Made by a program: the position numbers and the translations under genes. Positions 1 through 8,593 of a DNA stretch of 64,000 nt are shown piece by piece. Source of the stretch: an uncultured Acidobacteriota bacterium (GTDB lineage Bacteria > Acidobacteriota > Polarisedimenticolia > J045); NCBI GenBank assembly GCA_963702425.1, contig CAVPCQ010000017.1, forward strand, positions 194,325 to 258,324. The letters are read 5' to 3'. The notes under the pieces were generated by a model, which did no database searches, was not told where the DNA came from, and saw nothing but the letters and a program-made list of their open reading frames with translations. How positions within the stretch are numbered: position 1 is the first letter of the stretch; each line of letters opens with the position of its first letter.

Positions 1-544
1 GAAGCCTGCGTGCACAGTGCGGCCTGCTGCCGGGGATCGGGTTCGATGAGCTGGTCTTCGGCGTCCCAACTGGCGCTTGGTGAACGCCGCCTTCGCGCAC
101 GCCGCCGGAGGGGAGCCGCTTCAACGGCCCCCAGCGCGGCGCCTGGTACTGCGCCTTCGAGGTCGAGACCGCGCTGGCCGAGGTCGCCTTCCACAAGGCG
201 GTGGAATACGCGGAGATCGCGCGCTTCGACGACAGCGTCACCTACGAGGAGCTGCGCGCTGACTTCAGCGGCGAGTTCCACGACCTGCGCGACGACCCCC
301 GCTTCACCCGCTGCCTCGACCCGGCGAGCTACGTCGCCTCGCAGCGGCTGGCGGAGCGGCTGCTCGAGCGCGGCGCGCTCGGCGTCGTCTACCCGAGTGT
401 GCGCCGGCGGAGCGGGACGAACCTGGCGTGCTTCCGGCCGCGGCGGTCGGGAACGTGCGGCGTGGTGGGGCTTGGCGACTCACCTGGTCGGGCGGGCCGG
501 AGCCGGCGATCGAGGCGGAGTCCCGCACGAGGCGCCGGAAGTAG
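1..544 (+). CDS. RES-domain protein (NAD+-acting toxin family), 5'-truncated by the window and frameshifted
   Basis: Joining frames gives ...LVNAAFAHA..SRFNGPQRGAWYCAFEVETALAEVAFH...SYVASQRLAERLLERGALGVVYPSVRRRSGTNLACFRP, which has the R, E and S motifs of RES domains. The probable stop is TAG at 542-544. Confidence 0.75.
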
Positions 545-596
545 GGGCGCTGCGGCGTGCCGGCCGGGTTCGCGTGGGGGCGAGGTGCCTTCCTGG

Positions 597-624
597 TGGA
601 CACGTAATCCGTGCGCACTATTAT
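597..624 (+). promoter_or_regulatory. sigma70-like promoter for the antitoxin/PIN pair, probably leaderless
   Basis: TGGACA(597-602)-16 nt-TATTAT(619-624), with ATG at 631 only 6 nt downstream. The palindrome GTGCGCAC in the spacer could be an autoregulatory operator. Confidence 0.5.
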
Positions 625-630
625 GTGTGC

Positions 631-874
631 ATGAACCTCACCCTCTCCCTCGACGGCCGGCTGCTCGAACGCGCACGGAAGGTCGCCGCGGCCCGCGGCA
701 AGAGCCTCAACCAGGTGATCCGCGATTACCTCGAGGAGATGACGGGCGGCTCCGATCCCGCGGTGGAGATGAGAGAGCTGCGCGAGCTGAGCCGCCGCTC
801 CCAGGGGCGCTCGAAGGGCGTCAAGATCGTCCGCGACGAGCCTCCACCAGCGGGGCCCGGGACGGAGGGCATGA
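631..874 (+). CDS. Ribbon-helix-helix type antitoxin (DUF6364-like); the C-terminus appears frameshifted into the PIN gene
   Basis: MNLTLSLDGRLLERARKVAAARGKSLNQVIRDYLEE..., a small RHH-like protein directly upstream of a PIN gene. Confidence 0.7.
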
Positions 875-1285
875 GAGAGCGCGCGTTCCTCGACACCAAC
901 ATCCTCGTCTACACCGACGATCATGACGCTCTCGCAAGCAGGCAGCAGCGCTGGACCTGATCGAGCGCTGCCGGATCGCAGGCAGCGGCGTCGTTTCGAC
1001 GCAGGTCCTGCAGGAGTACTTCGTCGCCGCAACGCGCAAGCTGGGCGTGGCGCTGCCGATCGCGCGTCGCAAGGTCGAGCTGTTCGCGCGCTTCGAGGTC
1101 GTGATCCCGGGGTGGACGACGTGCTCGCAGCGATCGACCTGCAGCGGCTGCACGAGTTGTCGTTCTGGGACGCGCTGATCGTCCGCGCAGCGTCGACGGC
1201 GGGCTGCGGAATCCTCTACACCGAGGACCTGCAGCACGGGCAGCGATTCGACGGCGTCACGGTGGTCGATCCCCTCCGGGGTTGA
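871..1285 (+). CDS. vapC: PIN-domain (VapC-like) toxin, frameshifted
   Basis: MRERAFLDTNILVY..., STQVLQEYF..., and LSFWDALIVRAASTAGCGILYTEDLQHGQ are spread over three frames. Confidence 0.8.
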
Positions 1286-1294
1286 CGCCGCCCC

Positions 1295-2332
1295 CTACGC
1301 CTTCCGCTGGGCGCGGATCTCCTCGATCAGCGCCGCGTTGGCGCGCTCGAGCTGCGCGGTTCGCTCGCGCACCAGGAGGTCCAGCTCCTCGTGGAACCGG
1401 CGCTGGAGCTCGTCGGTATCGTCCCGCCCGCTGAGCGTCCGCGCCACCCCCGCGGTGCCGACGACCTCGCCCCGCTCGTCGAAGATCGGCGTCTTGATCG
1501 TCTCGTACCAGCCGTCGCGGCCGTCGCGCGCGACGAGCCGCTCGACGATCCGCTTCGGCCGGCGCAGCGCCAGCACCTCGCGGTCGTCGCGGTCGTAGCG
1601 CTCGGCGATCTCGGCCGGAAAGAGATCGAGGACCGTCCGCCCGACCATCTCCTCGGGCGTCATGCCGGCGCTGGTCGCCATCGGCCGGTTGACCGCGACG
1701 ATCCGGCCGGCGGCGTCCTTGAGCCACGCGAGGTCGGCGATGCTGTCGAGCAGCGCGCGCTGCTGCTGCTGGACGAGGCGCAGCCCGGACTCGATGTGGA
1801 TGCGCTCCAGGATCTCCGCCTGGAGTTCGGCGACCGTGCTCGTGAGCTGCAGCGTGCGCTCGTGGACGCGGACCTCGAGCAGCTCGTTGACCCGCTCCCG
1901 GGCCTCGTCCGCCTGCTTGCGGAGCGTGATGTCGCGGGCGATCCCGACCAGGCAGAGCGGCCGGCCGTCCTCGTCCCGCACGAGCGACTTGACGGTCTCG
2001 TACAGCAGCCGGGTGCCGTCGGGGAACGGCACCCACTCCTCGACCGCGAGAGGTGCGCCCGACTCCATCACCCGCTTGTCGACCGAGCGGTACCAGGTGG
2101 CCTCCGCCTCCGGGAACAGATCGAAGTCCGTCCGCCCGATCAGCTGCTCGCGCGACACGTCGGCGTAGCGCAGGAAGGCCGCGTTGCAGCCGAGGTACCG
2201 CCCGTCGAGGTCCTTGTAGAAGATGAGGTCGGCGATCGCGTCGAGCAGGCCCTGGCGGATCGCGCGGTCGCGCGCCACCTGCGCATCGCTGTCGCGAAGG
2301 GAGATTCCATGCGAGGCGCTCCTGCGGGTCAC
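1295..2332 (-). CDS. Tandem PAS/PAC-domain sensor protein with no output domain
   Basis: Two PAS_4-like units (LIFYKDLDGRYLGCN...GIARDIT and LAWLKDAAGRIVAVN...TIKTPIFDERGEVVGTAGVAR), each followed by a VxERTxQL coiled coil. Confidence 0.85.
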   Translation of the reverse strand: MTRRSASHGISLRDSDAQVARDRAIRQGLLDAIADLIFYKDLDGRYLGCNAAFLRYADVSREQLIGRTDFDLFPEAEATWYRSVDKRVMESGAPLAVEEWVPFPDGTRLLYETVKSLVRDEDGRPLCLVGIARDITLRKQADEARERVNELLEVRVHERTLQLTSTVAELQAEILERIHIESGLRLVQQQQRALLDSIADLAWLKDAAGRIVAVNRPMATSAGMTPEEMVGRTVLDLFPAEIAERYDRDDREVLALRRPKRIVERLVARDGRDGWYETIKTPIFDERGEVVGTAGVARTLSGRDDTDELQRRFHEELDLLVRERTAQLERANAALIEEIRAQRKA

Positions 2333-2478
2333 GCGGTCGGGGGCGCGGCACCGTCGAGAGCTAGGGTAGCGGACGGAGGGTCCGGGCGGGGACCGGAGCG
2401 ACGCCTCCAGTCGGATTTCCGGCTACCCTTCCCGGCCGCGGGCCGGAGTCCGGCCCCGCCGCCCTCCGGGAGGCCGCC

Positions 2479-3471
2479 GTGGATCGTCTCGAACAGATCA
2501 GCACCGGGTTCATGGAGGCCAAGGTCCTGCTCGCCGCAGCGGAACTGAGGCTCTTCGACCGCCTCTCCGGCGGCGGAGCGACCGCGGCCGAGGCCGCCCA
2601 TTCGCTCGGCGCCCCCGTGCGGCCGATCGAGATGATCCTCGACGCGCTGGCGGCGATGGGGATCGTCGAGAAGCGGCAGGACCGCTACCGGAACCTCCCG
2701 GAGTACGAGCCGCGGCTCGTCGAGTCCTCCCCGACGCACTACGTCGCCCTGCTGCGCCACCGCAACCGGCTGTTCCGGCGCTGGGCCTTCCTCGAGGACA
2801 GGGCGCGCGGGCTGGCGCCGCCGCTGCTCGACGACCTGCGCGAGGGGCTGACCGATCCCGTCGCCAACGAGAACTTCATCCGCGCGATGTACGCGGTGTC
2901 GCACGCGAACGTCGGCGCGATCGCCGACCGGATCCCGCTCGACGGCGTCCGGACCCTGGCCGACCTCGGGGGCGGTCCGGGGCACTACCTGGCCGAGTTC
3001 GCGCGCCGCGCGCCCCGGGCCGAGCCGTTCCTGGTCGACCTTCCGCTGACGCTCGACGTCGCGCGGAAGGTCCTGGCGGACACGGAGATCTTCCCGCGGG
3101 TCCGCTTCGTCGCCTGGGACTTCTACGAGGAGCCCGCGCCCCCCGGGATCCCGCCCCTCGACCTGGTCTTCCTCTCGCAGGTCGTGCACGCCGAGGACGG
3201 CGCGAAGAACCGCGCGCTGTTCGCGAAGATCGCCGCGCTCACCGCGCCCGGCGGCCGGCTCGTGGTTCACGAGCGCACGGTGGAGGAGGATCGCAGCACG
3301 CCCTACCCGGCAGCGATCTTCGCGATCAACATGCTGGCGATGACCGAGGGCGGCGCGACCTACACCGCGCGCGAGATCGAGGAGTGGGGACGCGCGGCCG
3401 GCTTCGAGCCCGAGCGGGTGGAACGGCTCTCGCCGCTCTCGGAGCTGATCACCCTGAGAAAGCCGCGCTAG
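2479..3471 (+). CDS. SAM-dependent O-methyltransferase (dimerisation domain + methyltransferase_2)
   Basis: N-terminal KVLLAAAELRLFD, SAM motif LADLGGGPG, and DLVFLSQVVH. Confidence 0.85.
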   Translation: MDRLEQISTGFMEAKVLLAAAELRLFDRLSGGGATAAEAAHSLGAPVRPIEMILDALAAMGIVEKRQDRYRNLPEYEPRLVESSPTHYVALLRHRNRLFRRWAFLEDRARGLAPPLLDDLREGLTDPVANENFIRAMYAVSHANVGAIADRIPLDGVRTLADLGGGPGHYLAEFARRAPRAEPFLVDLPLTLDVARKVLADTEIFPRVRFVAWDFYEEPAPPGIPPLDLVFLSQVVHAEDGAKNRALFAKIAALTAPGGRLVVHERTVEEDRSTPYPAAIFAINMLAMTEGGATYTAREIEEWGRAAGFEPERVERLSPLSELITLRKPR

Positions 3472-4355
3472 AACAGCGCCGGATCGAGCAGCGCGCGGGG
3501 ATCGAAGGCCTCGCTGCCCACCTTCCCGCCCCAGTGCAGGTGCGGCCCGGTCACGCGCCCGGTCGCGCCCGAGAGCCCGAGCGGGCTGCCGGCATCGACC
3601 GCCGCGCCGTCCTTCACGTCGATGCGCGACAGGTGCGCGTAGAGCGTGAACAGCCCGCCGCCGTGGTCGACGATCACGGTCAGGCCGGAGTAGTAGAGGT
3701 CCTTCGCCAGCGCGACCACGCCGGGACCGGCCGCGACGACCGGCGTTCCGCTGGCCGCCTTGAGGTCGATCCCCGAGTGCGGCGACCGCGGCTTGCCGTT
3801 GAAGACGCGCCGCGCCCCGTAGGTCCCGGTCGCGTCGCCGGGGACCGGCTTGACGAACGCGGCGGCCGGCGGCGGCACCGGGCGCAGACGGGCGTAGATC
3901 GCGCCCAGCTCCTTGCGCTCGCGCTCGAGCCGCGCCTGGACCGCCTTCGGCGGCTCGACGTACTTCGGCTCGACCGTCAGCCGCTCCTCCGGAAAGGTCC
4001 GCTTCTCGATCGTCACCGCGAGCGCCCCGACGACCTCCGCGCCCCGCTGCGCGCGCCCCTTGAGATCCACGGCCGCCGCGCCGGGCTTGCGGTCGAGCGG
4101 CACGGCGGTCCAGCCGGACCACTCCTCCTGTCCGTCCCGCTCCCCGGCGCGCGCGAAGAAGACCGGCTTGCCGAGGAACGTCCCCGTCAGCGACGCGAGC
4201 GGCTCGGGAGCGCGGACGACGACGCGCACCGGCTCGCCCGGGGCGACGGCGCGCGCCCGCAGCTCGATCGTCAGCGCCACGGGAGCCTCGCCCCGCGCGG
4301 CGCCGGACGCCACGGCGAGCCCCAACGCCGCGACCAGCACCAGACTCCTCCGCAT
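3468..4355 (-). CDS. M23 family peptidoglycan metallopeptidase, exported
   Basis: Signal peptide, HSGID, YAHLS and TGPHLHW motifs. Confidence 0.92.
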   Translation of the reverse strand: MRRSLVLVAALGLAVASGAARGEAPVALTIELRARAVAPGEPVRVVVRAPEPLASLTGTFLGKPVFFARAGERDGQEEWSGWTAVPLDRKPGAAAVDLKGRAQRGAEVVGALAVTIEKRTFPEERLTVEPKYVEPPKAVQARLERERKELGAIYARLRPVPPPAAAFVKPVPGDATGTYGARRVFNGKPRSPHSGIDLKAASGTPVVAAGPGVVALAKDLYYSGLTVIVDHGGGLFTLYAHLSRIDVKDGAAVDAGSPLGLSGATGRVTGPHLHWGGKVGSEAFDPRALLDPALF

Positions 4356-4359
4356 CGCG

Positions 4360-4938
4360 CTACGGCGCCGGCTGGACGGAGCCCTGGACCTCGAGGGTCA
4401 CGTCCACGTCCTTGCCCACGCGCAGCACGAACGCACTCGGGTCGTTCATCCCCCAGGCGACGTAGGGGATCTTGAAAGTCCCGCTGGCGGTCACCTTCGT
4501 CCCCGTGGCCGTCACGTCGAGCGGGATGGTCAGCGGGTGCGGGCCGCCGTGGATCGTGATCGTCCCGATCAGCTTGAGCTTGGAGACGCCGGTGTTGTTG
4601 AACGGCCCCTCGACCTTCTCCGGCACGAAGACGAACTCGGGGTACTTCGCGCTCTCGAGCACCTCTTCGTGCATCTTCCTGTCGCGGCCCTCGCTGTCGG
4701 TCGTGGCCCTGGTCGCGTCGTAGACGATCTTCCCGGACGCCGTCCCCGTGGCCGGATCGAAGCGGATCTCGCCCGACTCGAGCGGCACCGAGCCGTGCGC
4801 CTTGTGCAGCGTCGCGGCCAGCACGAAGGAGGTCTTCGTCGCGGCCGGATCGACGGTGACGACCAGTTCCCCCGCCATGGCGGCCAGCGAGGCCGTCGCG
4901 ATCATCAGGAAGAGAAAGAAGGCCGTGATCCTGCGCAT
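4360..4938 (-). CDS. YceI family polyisoprenoid-binding protein, exported
   Basis: Signal peptide MRRITAFFLF..., RDRKMHEEVLESAKYPEFVF and GTITIHG motifs. Confidence 0.85.
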   Translation of the reverse strand: MRRITAFFLFLMIATASLAAMAGELVVTVDPAATKTSFVLAATLHKAHGSVPLESGEIRFDPATGTASGKIVYDATRATTDSEGRDRKMHEEVLESAKYPEFVFVPEKVEGPFNNTGVSKLKLIGTITIHGGPHPLTIPLDVTATGTKVTASGTFKIPYVAWGMNDPSAFVLRVGKDVDVTLEVQGSVQPAP

Positions 4939-4949
4939 CGCATCTGCTC

Positions 4950-7019
4950 CTAGGGCCGGGTCCACTGGTTCAGCCACTCGATCACGGTCTCGTGCCAGAG
5001 GATGCTGTTGGCGGGCTTGAGGATCCAGTGGTTCTCGTCGGGGAAGTGCAGGAACCTGCTCGGGATCCCCTTGCGCTGCAGCGCGTTGAAGGTGCCGATC
5101 CCCTGGGTCTCGACCACGCGGTAGTCCTTGCTGCCGTGGATCACGAGCATCGGCGTCTTCCAGTTCTTCACCAGCTCGACGGGGTTGTGCTTCGCGTAGT
5201 CGGGCTTCTCCCACGGCAGGCCGCCGTGATCGTACTCCGGGAACCACAGCTCCTCCGTGTCGAAGTACCCGAAGGCCTCGTCGAGCGTGCCGGAGTGGCT
5301 GACGAGGCACTGGAACCCGTCGGGCCACGCGCCCGCAATCCAGTTGACCATGTAGCCGCCGAAGCTCGCCCCCAGCGCGCAGGCCCGGTCCTTCGACAGC
5401 CACGGGAACTTCGCGCGCGCCGCCTCGAGCCCCTTCTGCAGGTCGACCAGCGGCGCGCCGCCCCAGTCGCCCTTGATCGCGTCGGTGAAGGCCTGGCCGT
5501 AGCCGGTCGAGCCGGTGGGGTCGATCATGATCACGGCGTAGCCGGCCCCGGCGTAGGTCTGCGGGTTCCAGCGGTAGTGGAAGTCGTTGTTCCAGGAGCC
5601 CTGCGGGCCGCCGTGGATCAGGAACGCGATCGGGTAGCTCTTCGTGGGGACGAAGTCGACCGGCTTGACGACCCAGCCGTAGACGGTCCGCCCGGCCGCG
5701 CCCTGGAACGTGAACAGCTCCGCCCCGCCCGTCCGGGCGGTCGCGAGGCGCTCCTTGTTGAAGGCGGTGATCTGCGCCAGGCCGCTGCCGTCCGGCTTCA
5801 CCGTGAACAGCTCGGCCGGCTGCGTGAAGCTCTCGCCGTGCGCCAGGACCAGCCCCGCCGCGGCGTTGACGCCGCCGAAGTTGCCGTCCTTGACCAGGTC
5901 CTTCACCGCGCCGGTCGCGACGTCGATCGCGAACAGCGAGTGGTGGCCCAGGTTGTCGGCCGTCGCGTAGAGGGTCTTCCCGTCCGGCGAGAAGACCAGC
6001 TCCGACGGCGAGCGGTCCCACGTCGGCGCCAGCTCGCGCTCGGTGCCCGTCGGCCAGTCGCGCAGCATGATCCGGAAGCGGTCGGCCTCGTAGCCGGGCT
6101 TCGCCATCGCCAGGTAGGCCAGCGTCTTTCCGTCCGGCGAGAAGACCGGTCGCGCATCCCAGGCCTTGTTCGCCGCGGTCAGGTTGCGCGGAGCCGCCGA
6201 GCCGTCGGCGGGGGCGACGTACAGGTCGAAGTTCGTCGTCCAGGCCTCTTCCGCGGGGTTCGATCCGAGGGTCTTGGCCGAGAAGACGATCGACTTTCCG
6301 TCGGGGGTGAAGGTGTAGTCCTCGGGACCGCCGAAGGGCCGGCCGGGGCAGTCGGCATCCATCCCCTTCATCACGTCGACCGCCGCGCCTCCGGCGACCG
6401 GCACGACGAAGACGTGGTTGCGGCGCCCGTCGAGCCAGGTGTCCCAGTGCCGGATCATCAGCGAGTCGTAGATCGTGCCGGACGACTTCTTCTTCGACTG
6501 CTCGTCGACCCGCTTCGCCGTGCACGCGGCGTCGGGGCAGTCGGCGAAGGTCCGCATCGAAATCGCCAGCGTGCGCCCGTCGGGCGAGATCTGGAACGAG
6601 TCGACATCGAGCGGCTGGCTGGTCACGGCGCTCGCCTCGCCGCCGTCGAGCGGCAGGCGCCAGACCTGGTCGCTGCCGCCGCGCCCCGCTATGAAGTAGA
6701 CCGACCGGCCGTCGGGCGACCAGCGCGGGCTCGATTCGTTCTCGGCGTGCGACGTCATCTGCCGCAGGTTCTTCCCGTCGACGTCGACGATCCAGAGGTC
6801 GGTCCGGCCGCGGTTCGCCTCCAGGTCGGTGGTGCGCACGACGAAGACGACGCGCTTTCCGTCCGGTGAGAGCTGCGGGTCGGAGATCCGCTGCATCGCG
6901 ACGAGGTCCATCACCGAGAACGGGTGGGAGGCGGCCGGGACGACCGCCTGCGCGCCAGCGAGCGGCACGACGAGCGACAACGCGGCCAGGGCAAGCGCCG
7001 CGCACTTCCTGATCGACAT
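4950..7019 (-). CDS. S9 family peptidase (DPP5/acylaminoacyl peptidase-like), exported
   Basis: WD40/TolB-like SPDG repeats, IHGGPQG, GASFGG nucleophile, D in KDYRV and H in DENHW. Confidence 0.93.
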   Translation of the reverse strand: MSIRKCAALALAALSLVVPLAGAQAVVPAASHPFSVMDLVAMQRISDPQLSPDGKRVVFVVRTTDLEANRGRTDLWIVDVDGKNLRQMTSHAENESSPRWSPDGRSVYFIAGRGGSDQVWRLPLDGGEASAVTSQPLDVDSFQISPDGRTLAISMRTFADCPDAACTAKRVDEQSKKKSSGTIYDSLMIRHWDTWLDGRRNHVFVVPVAGGAAVDVMKGMDADCPGRPFGGPEDYTFTPDGKSIVFSAKTLGSNPAEEAWTTNFDLYVAPADGSAAPRNLTAANKAWDARPVFSPDGKTLAYLAMAKPGYEADRFRIMLRDWPTGTERELAPTWDRSPSELVFSPDGKTLYATADNLGHHSLFAIDVATGAVKDLVKDGNFGGVNAAAGLVLAHGESFTQPAELFTVKPDGSGLAQITAFNKERLATARTGGAELFTFQGAAGRTVYGWVVKPVDFVPTKSYPIAFLIHGGPQGSWNNDFHYRWNPQTYAGAGYAVIMIDPTGSTGYGQAFTDAIKGDWGGAPLVDLQKGLEAARAKFPWLSKDRACALGASFGGYMVNWIAGAWPDGFQCLVSHSGTLDEAFGYFDTEELWFPEYDHGGLPWEKPDYAKHNPVELVKNWKTPMLVIHGSKDYRVVETQGIGTFNALQRKGIPSRFLHFPDENHWILKPANSILWHETVIEWLNQWTRP

Positions 7020-7154
7020 CTTCGGCTCCTTCGGGGAACTCGCGCCGGCCGGCGCGGGGAACGGGAGATGCTACTCCGCGGGCGCCGGGCGTCCCATCGC
7101 GGGAGGCGGCGCGGGGGGGGCCCGGGGGGAGGCCGCGGGAAGCGTCCCGCCGGC

Positions 7155-7203
7155 TTGACAGGGGGAGCCGATTGTCCATATTGTCCTATGACATTAGGAC
7201 AAT
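7155..7203 (+). promoter_or_regulatory. Promoter and palindromic GntR (YtrA-type) operator
   Basis: TTGACA at 7155-7160. Perfect inverted repeat ATTGTCCTA-tgacat-TAGGACAAT at 7180-7203, overlapping the start codon. Confidence 0.7.
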
Positions 7204-7643
7204 GGCGATGATCCTCGACCTCGACCCCGCGCTCCCCACCCCTCTCTATCTTCAACTGGTCGAGGGGATTCGCCGCCTCGTGGCGATCGGGGCCCTGAAG
7301 CCGGGCGACCGCCTCCCGACCGTCCGCGAGCTCGCCGTCCAACTCCGGCTCAACCGGAACACGGCCGCCCGGGCGATCCAGGAACTCGAGGCCCGGGGGG
7401 TCGTCCGGACGCGCGTCGGGCAGGGGACGTTCGTCGCCGAGGAGGCCGGCGAGCGGGGCCTCGCGCGAGGCGCTGCTCGAGCTCGCGGTCGACCGGCTGA
7501 TCGACGAGGCGGCCGCGCTCGCGGTGCCGGCCGGGACGCTCCCCGAGCGCGTCGCCGCGCGCGTCGCGGCCCGCGCCAGCGACGCCACGCGCCCGGCCCC
7601 GACCTGCGACGGGGACACCACGCACCAGGAGGACCACCGATGA
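7202..7643 (+). CDS. GntR (YtrA subfamily) transcriptional regulator, apparent frameshift near 7465
   Basis: PLYLQLVEGIRRLVAIGALKPGDRLPTVRELA...NTAARAIQELE...RVGQGTFV. The helical tail ALLELAVDRLIDEAA continues in another frame to TGA at 7641-7643. Confidence 0.85.
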
Positions 7644-8593
7644 CCGGCCCCGTGATCGAGTTCCGCGACGTCACGCGCACCTTCGGTGGCGCCGCCGGCA
7701 TCGGCCGGCGCACGGTGGCGCTCGACCGCTTCTCGCTGGCGATCGAGCCCGGCGAAGTGGTCGCGCTGGTCGGGCGCAACGGCGCCGGGAAGACGACCGC
7801 GCTGCGTCTGGCCAACGGCGTGCTGTGGCCCGACTCGGGCACGGTCCGCGTGCTCGGGCTCGACCCCGCGAAGGACGGCCTCGCGGTGCGCACCCGCGTC
7901 GCGCTGCTCTCGGAGGAGAACGCGCTCTACCCGTGGATGACGGTGCGCGAGATCCTGCACTTCGGCGCCGCGCTCTCGCCGCGGTGGGACGCGCGCTTGG
8001 CGGCCGAGTTCGTCGAGCGCCTGGCGATCGAGCCGCGCGCGAAGATCCGGACCCTCTCGCGCGGCACCAAGGCCAAGGTCGCGCTGGCGCTCGCCGTCGG
8101 GGCGCGTCCCGACATCCTGCTGCTGGACGACCCGACGGCGGGGCTCGACCCGCTCGTGCGGCGCGAGGTGCTGGAGGGGATCCTGGCCGCGATCCACGGC
8201 GAGGGGGGCGCGGTCGTCTACGCCTCGCACCTGATCCACGACCTCGAGCGCGTCGCCGACCGGGTGGTCTACCTCGACGGCGGGCGGATCCGGATGCAGG
8301 GATCGATCGACGAGCTGCGGCGGCGCGTCAAGCGGCTGACCGCGATCTTCGAGGGTGATGCGTTCGAGCTGCCCCCCTTCCCCGGGCTGCTCGACCAGCG
8401 CGTCGCGGGCCGCACGCTCGCCGTGATCGCCGAGCGGCGGGACGGGACGGAGGCCGCAGACCTCGCCGCGCTCGCGGAGCGGTTGCGGGGGCTGGGCGCG
8501 GCGCGCGTGGACGTCGAGGACCTGGGGCTCGAGGAGATCCTCGTCGCCGCGCTGCGCCGGCGCGAGCCCGCGCAGGAGGCCGTCCATGTTTAG
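7640..8593 (+). CDS. ABC transporter ATP-binding protein (YtrB-like)
   Basis: Walker A GRNGAGKTT, LSRG signature, LLLDDPT Walker B and the SH switch. Confidence 0.92.
   Translation: MTGPVIEFRDVTRTFGGAAGIGRRTVALDRFSLAIEPGEVVALVGRNGAGKTTALRLANGVLWPDSGTVRVLGLDPAKDGLAVRTRVALLSEENALYPWMTVREILHFGAALSPRWDARLAAEFVERLAIEPRAKIRTLSRGTKAKVALALAVGARPDILLLDDPTAGLDPLVRREVLEGILAAIHGEGGAVVYASHLIHDLERVADRVVYLDGGRIRMQGSIDELRRRVKRLTAIFEGDAFELPPFPGLLDQRVAGRTLAVIAERRDGTEAADLAALAERLRGLGAARVDVEDLGLEEILVAALRRREPAQEAVHV

Noticed and set aside
631-960. Antitoxin-PIN fusion
   Set aside because: Better explained by frameshifts in an indel-rich stretch.
7172-8593. GntR-ABC ATPase fusion, as shown in the ORF track
   Set aside because: The linker is out-of-frame-looking sequence. 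A normal GntR tail ends at 7643 in another frame, and the ATPase has its own RBS and ATG at 7640, so this is likely an indel.
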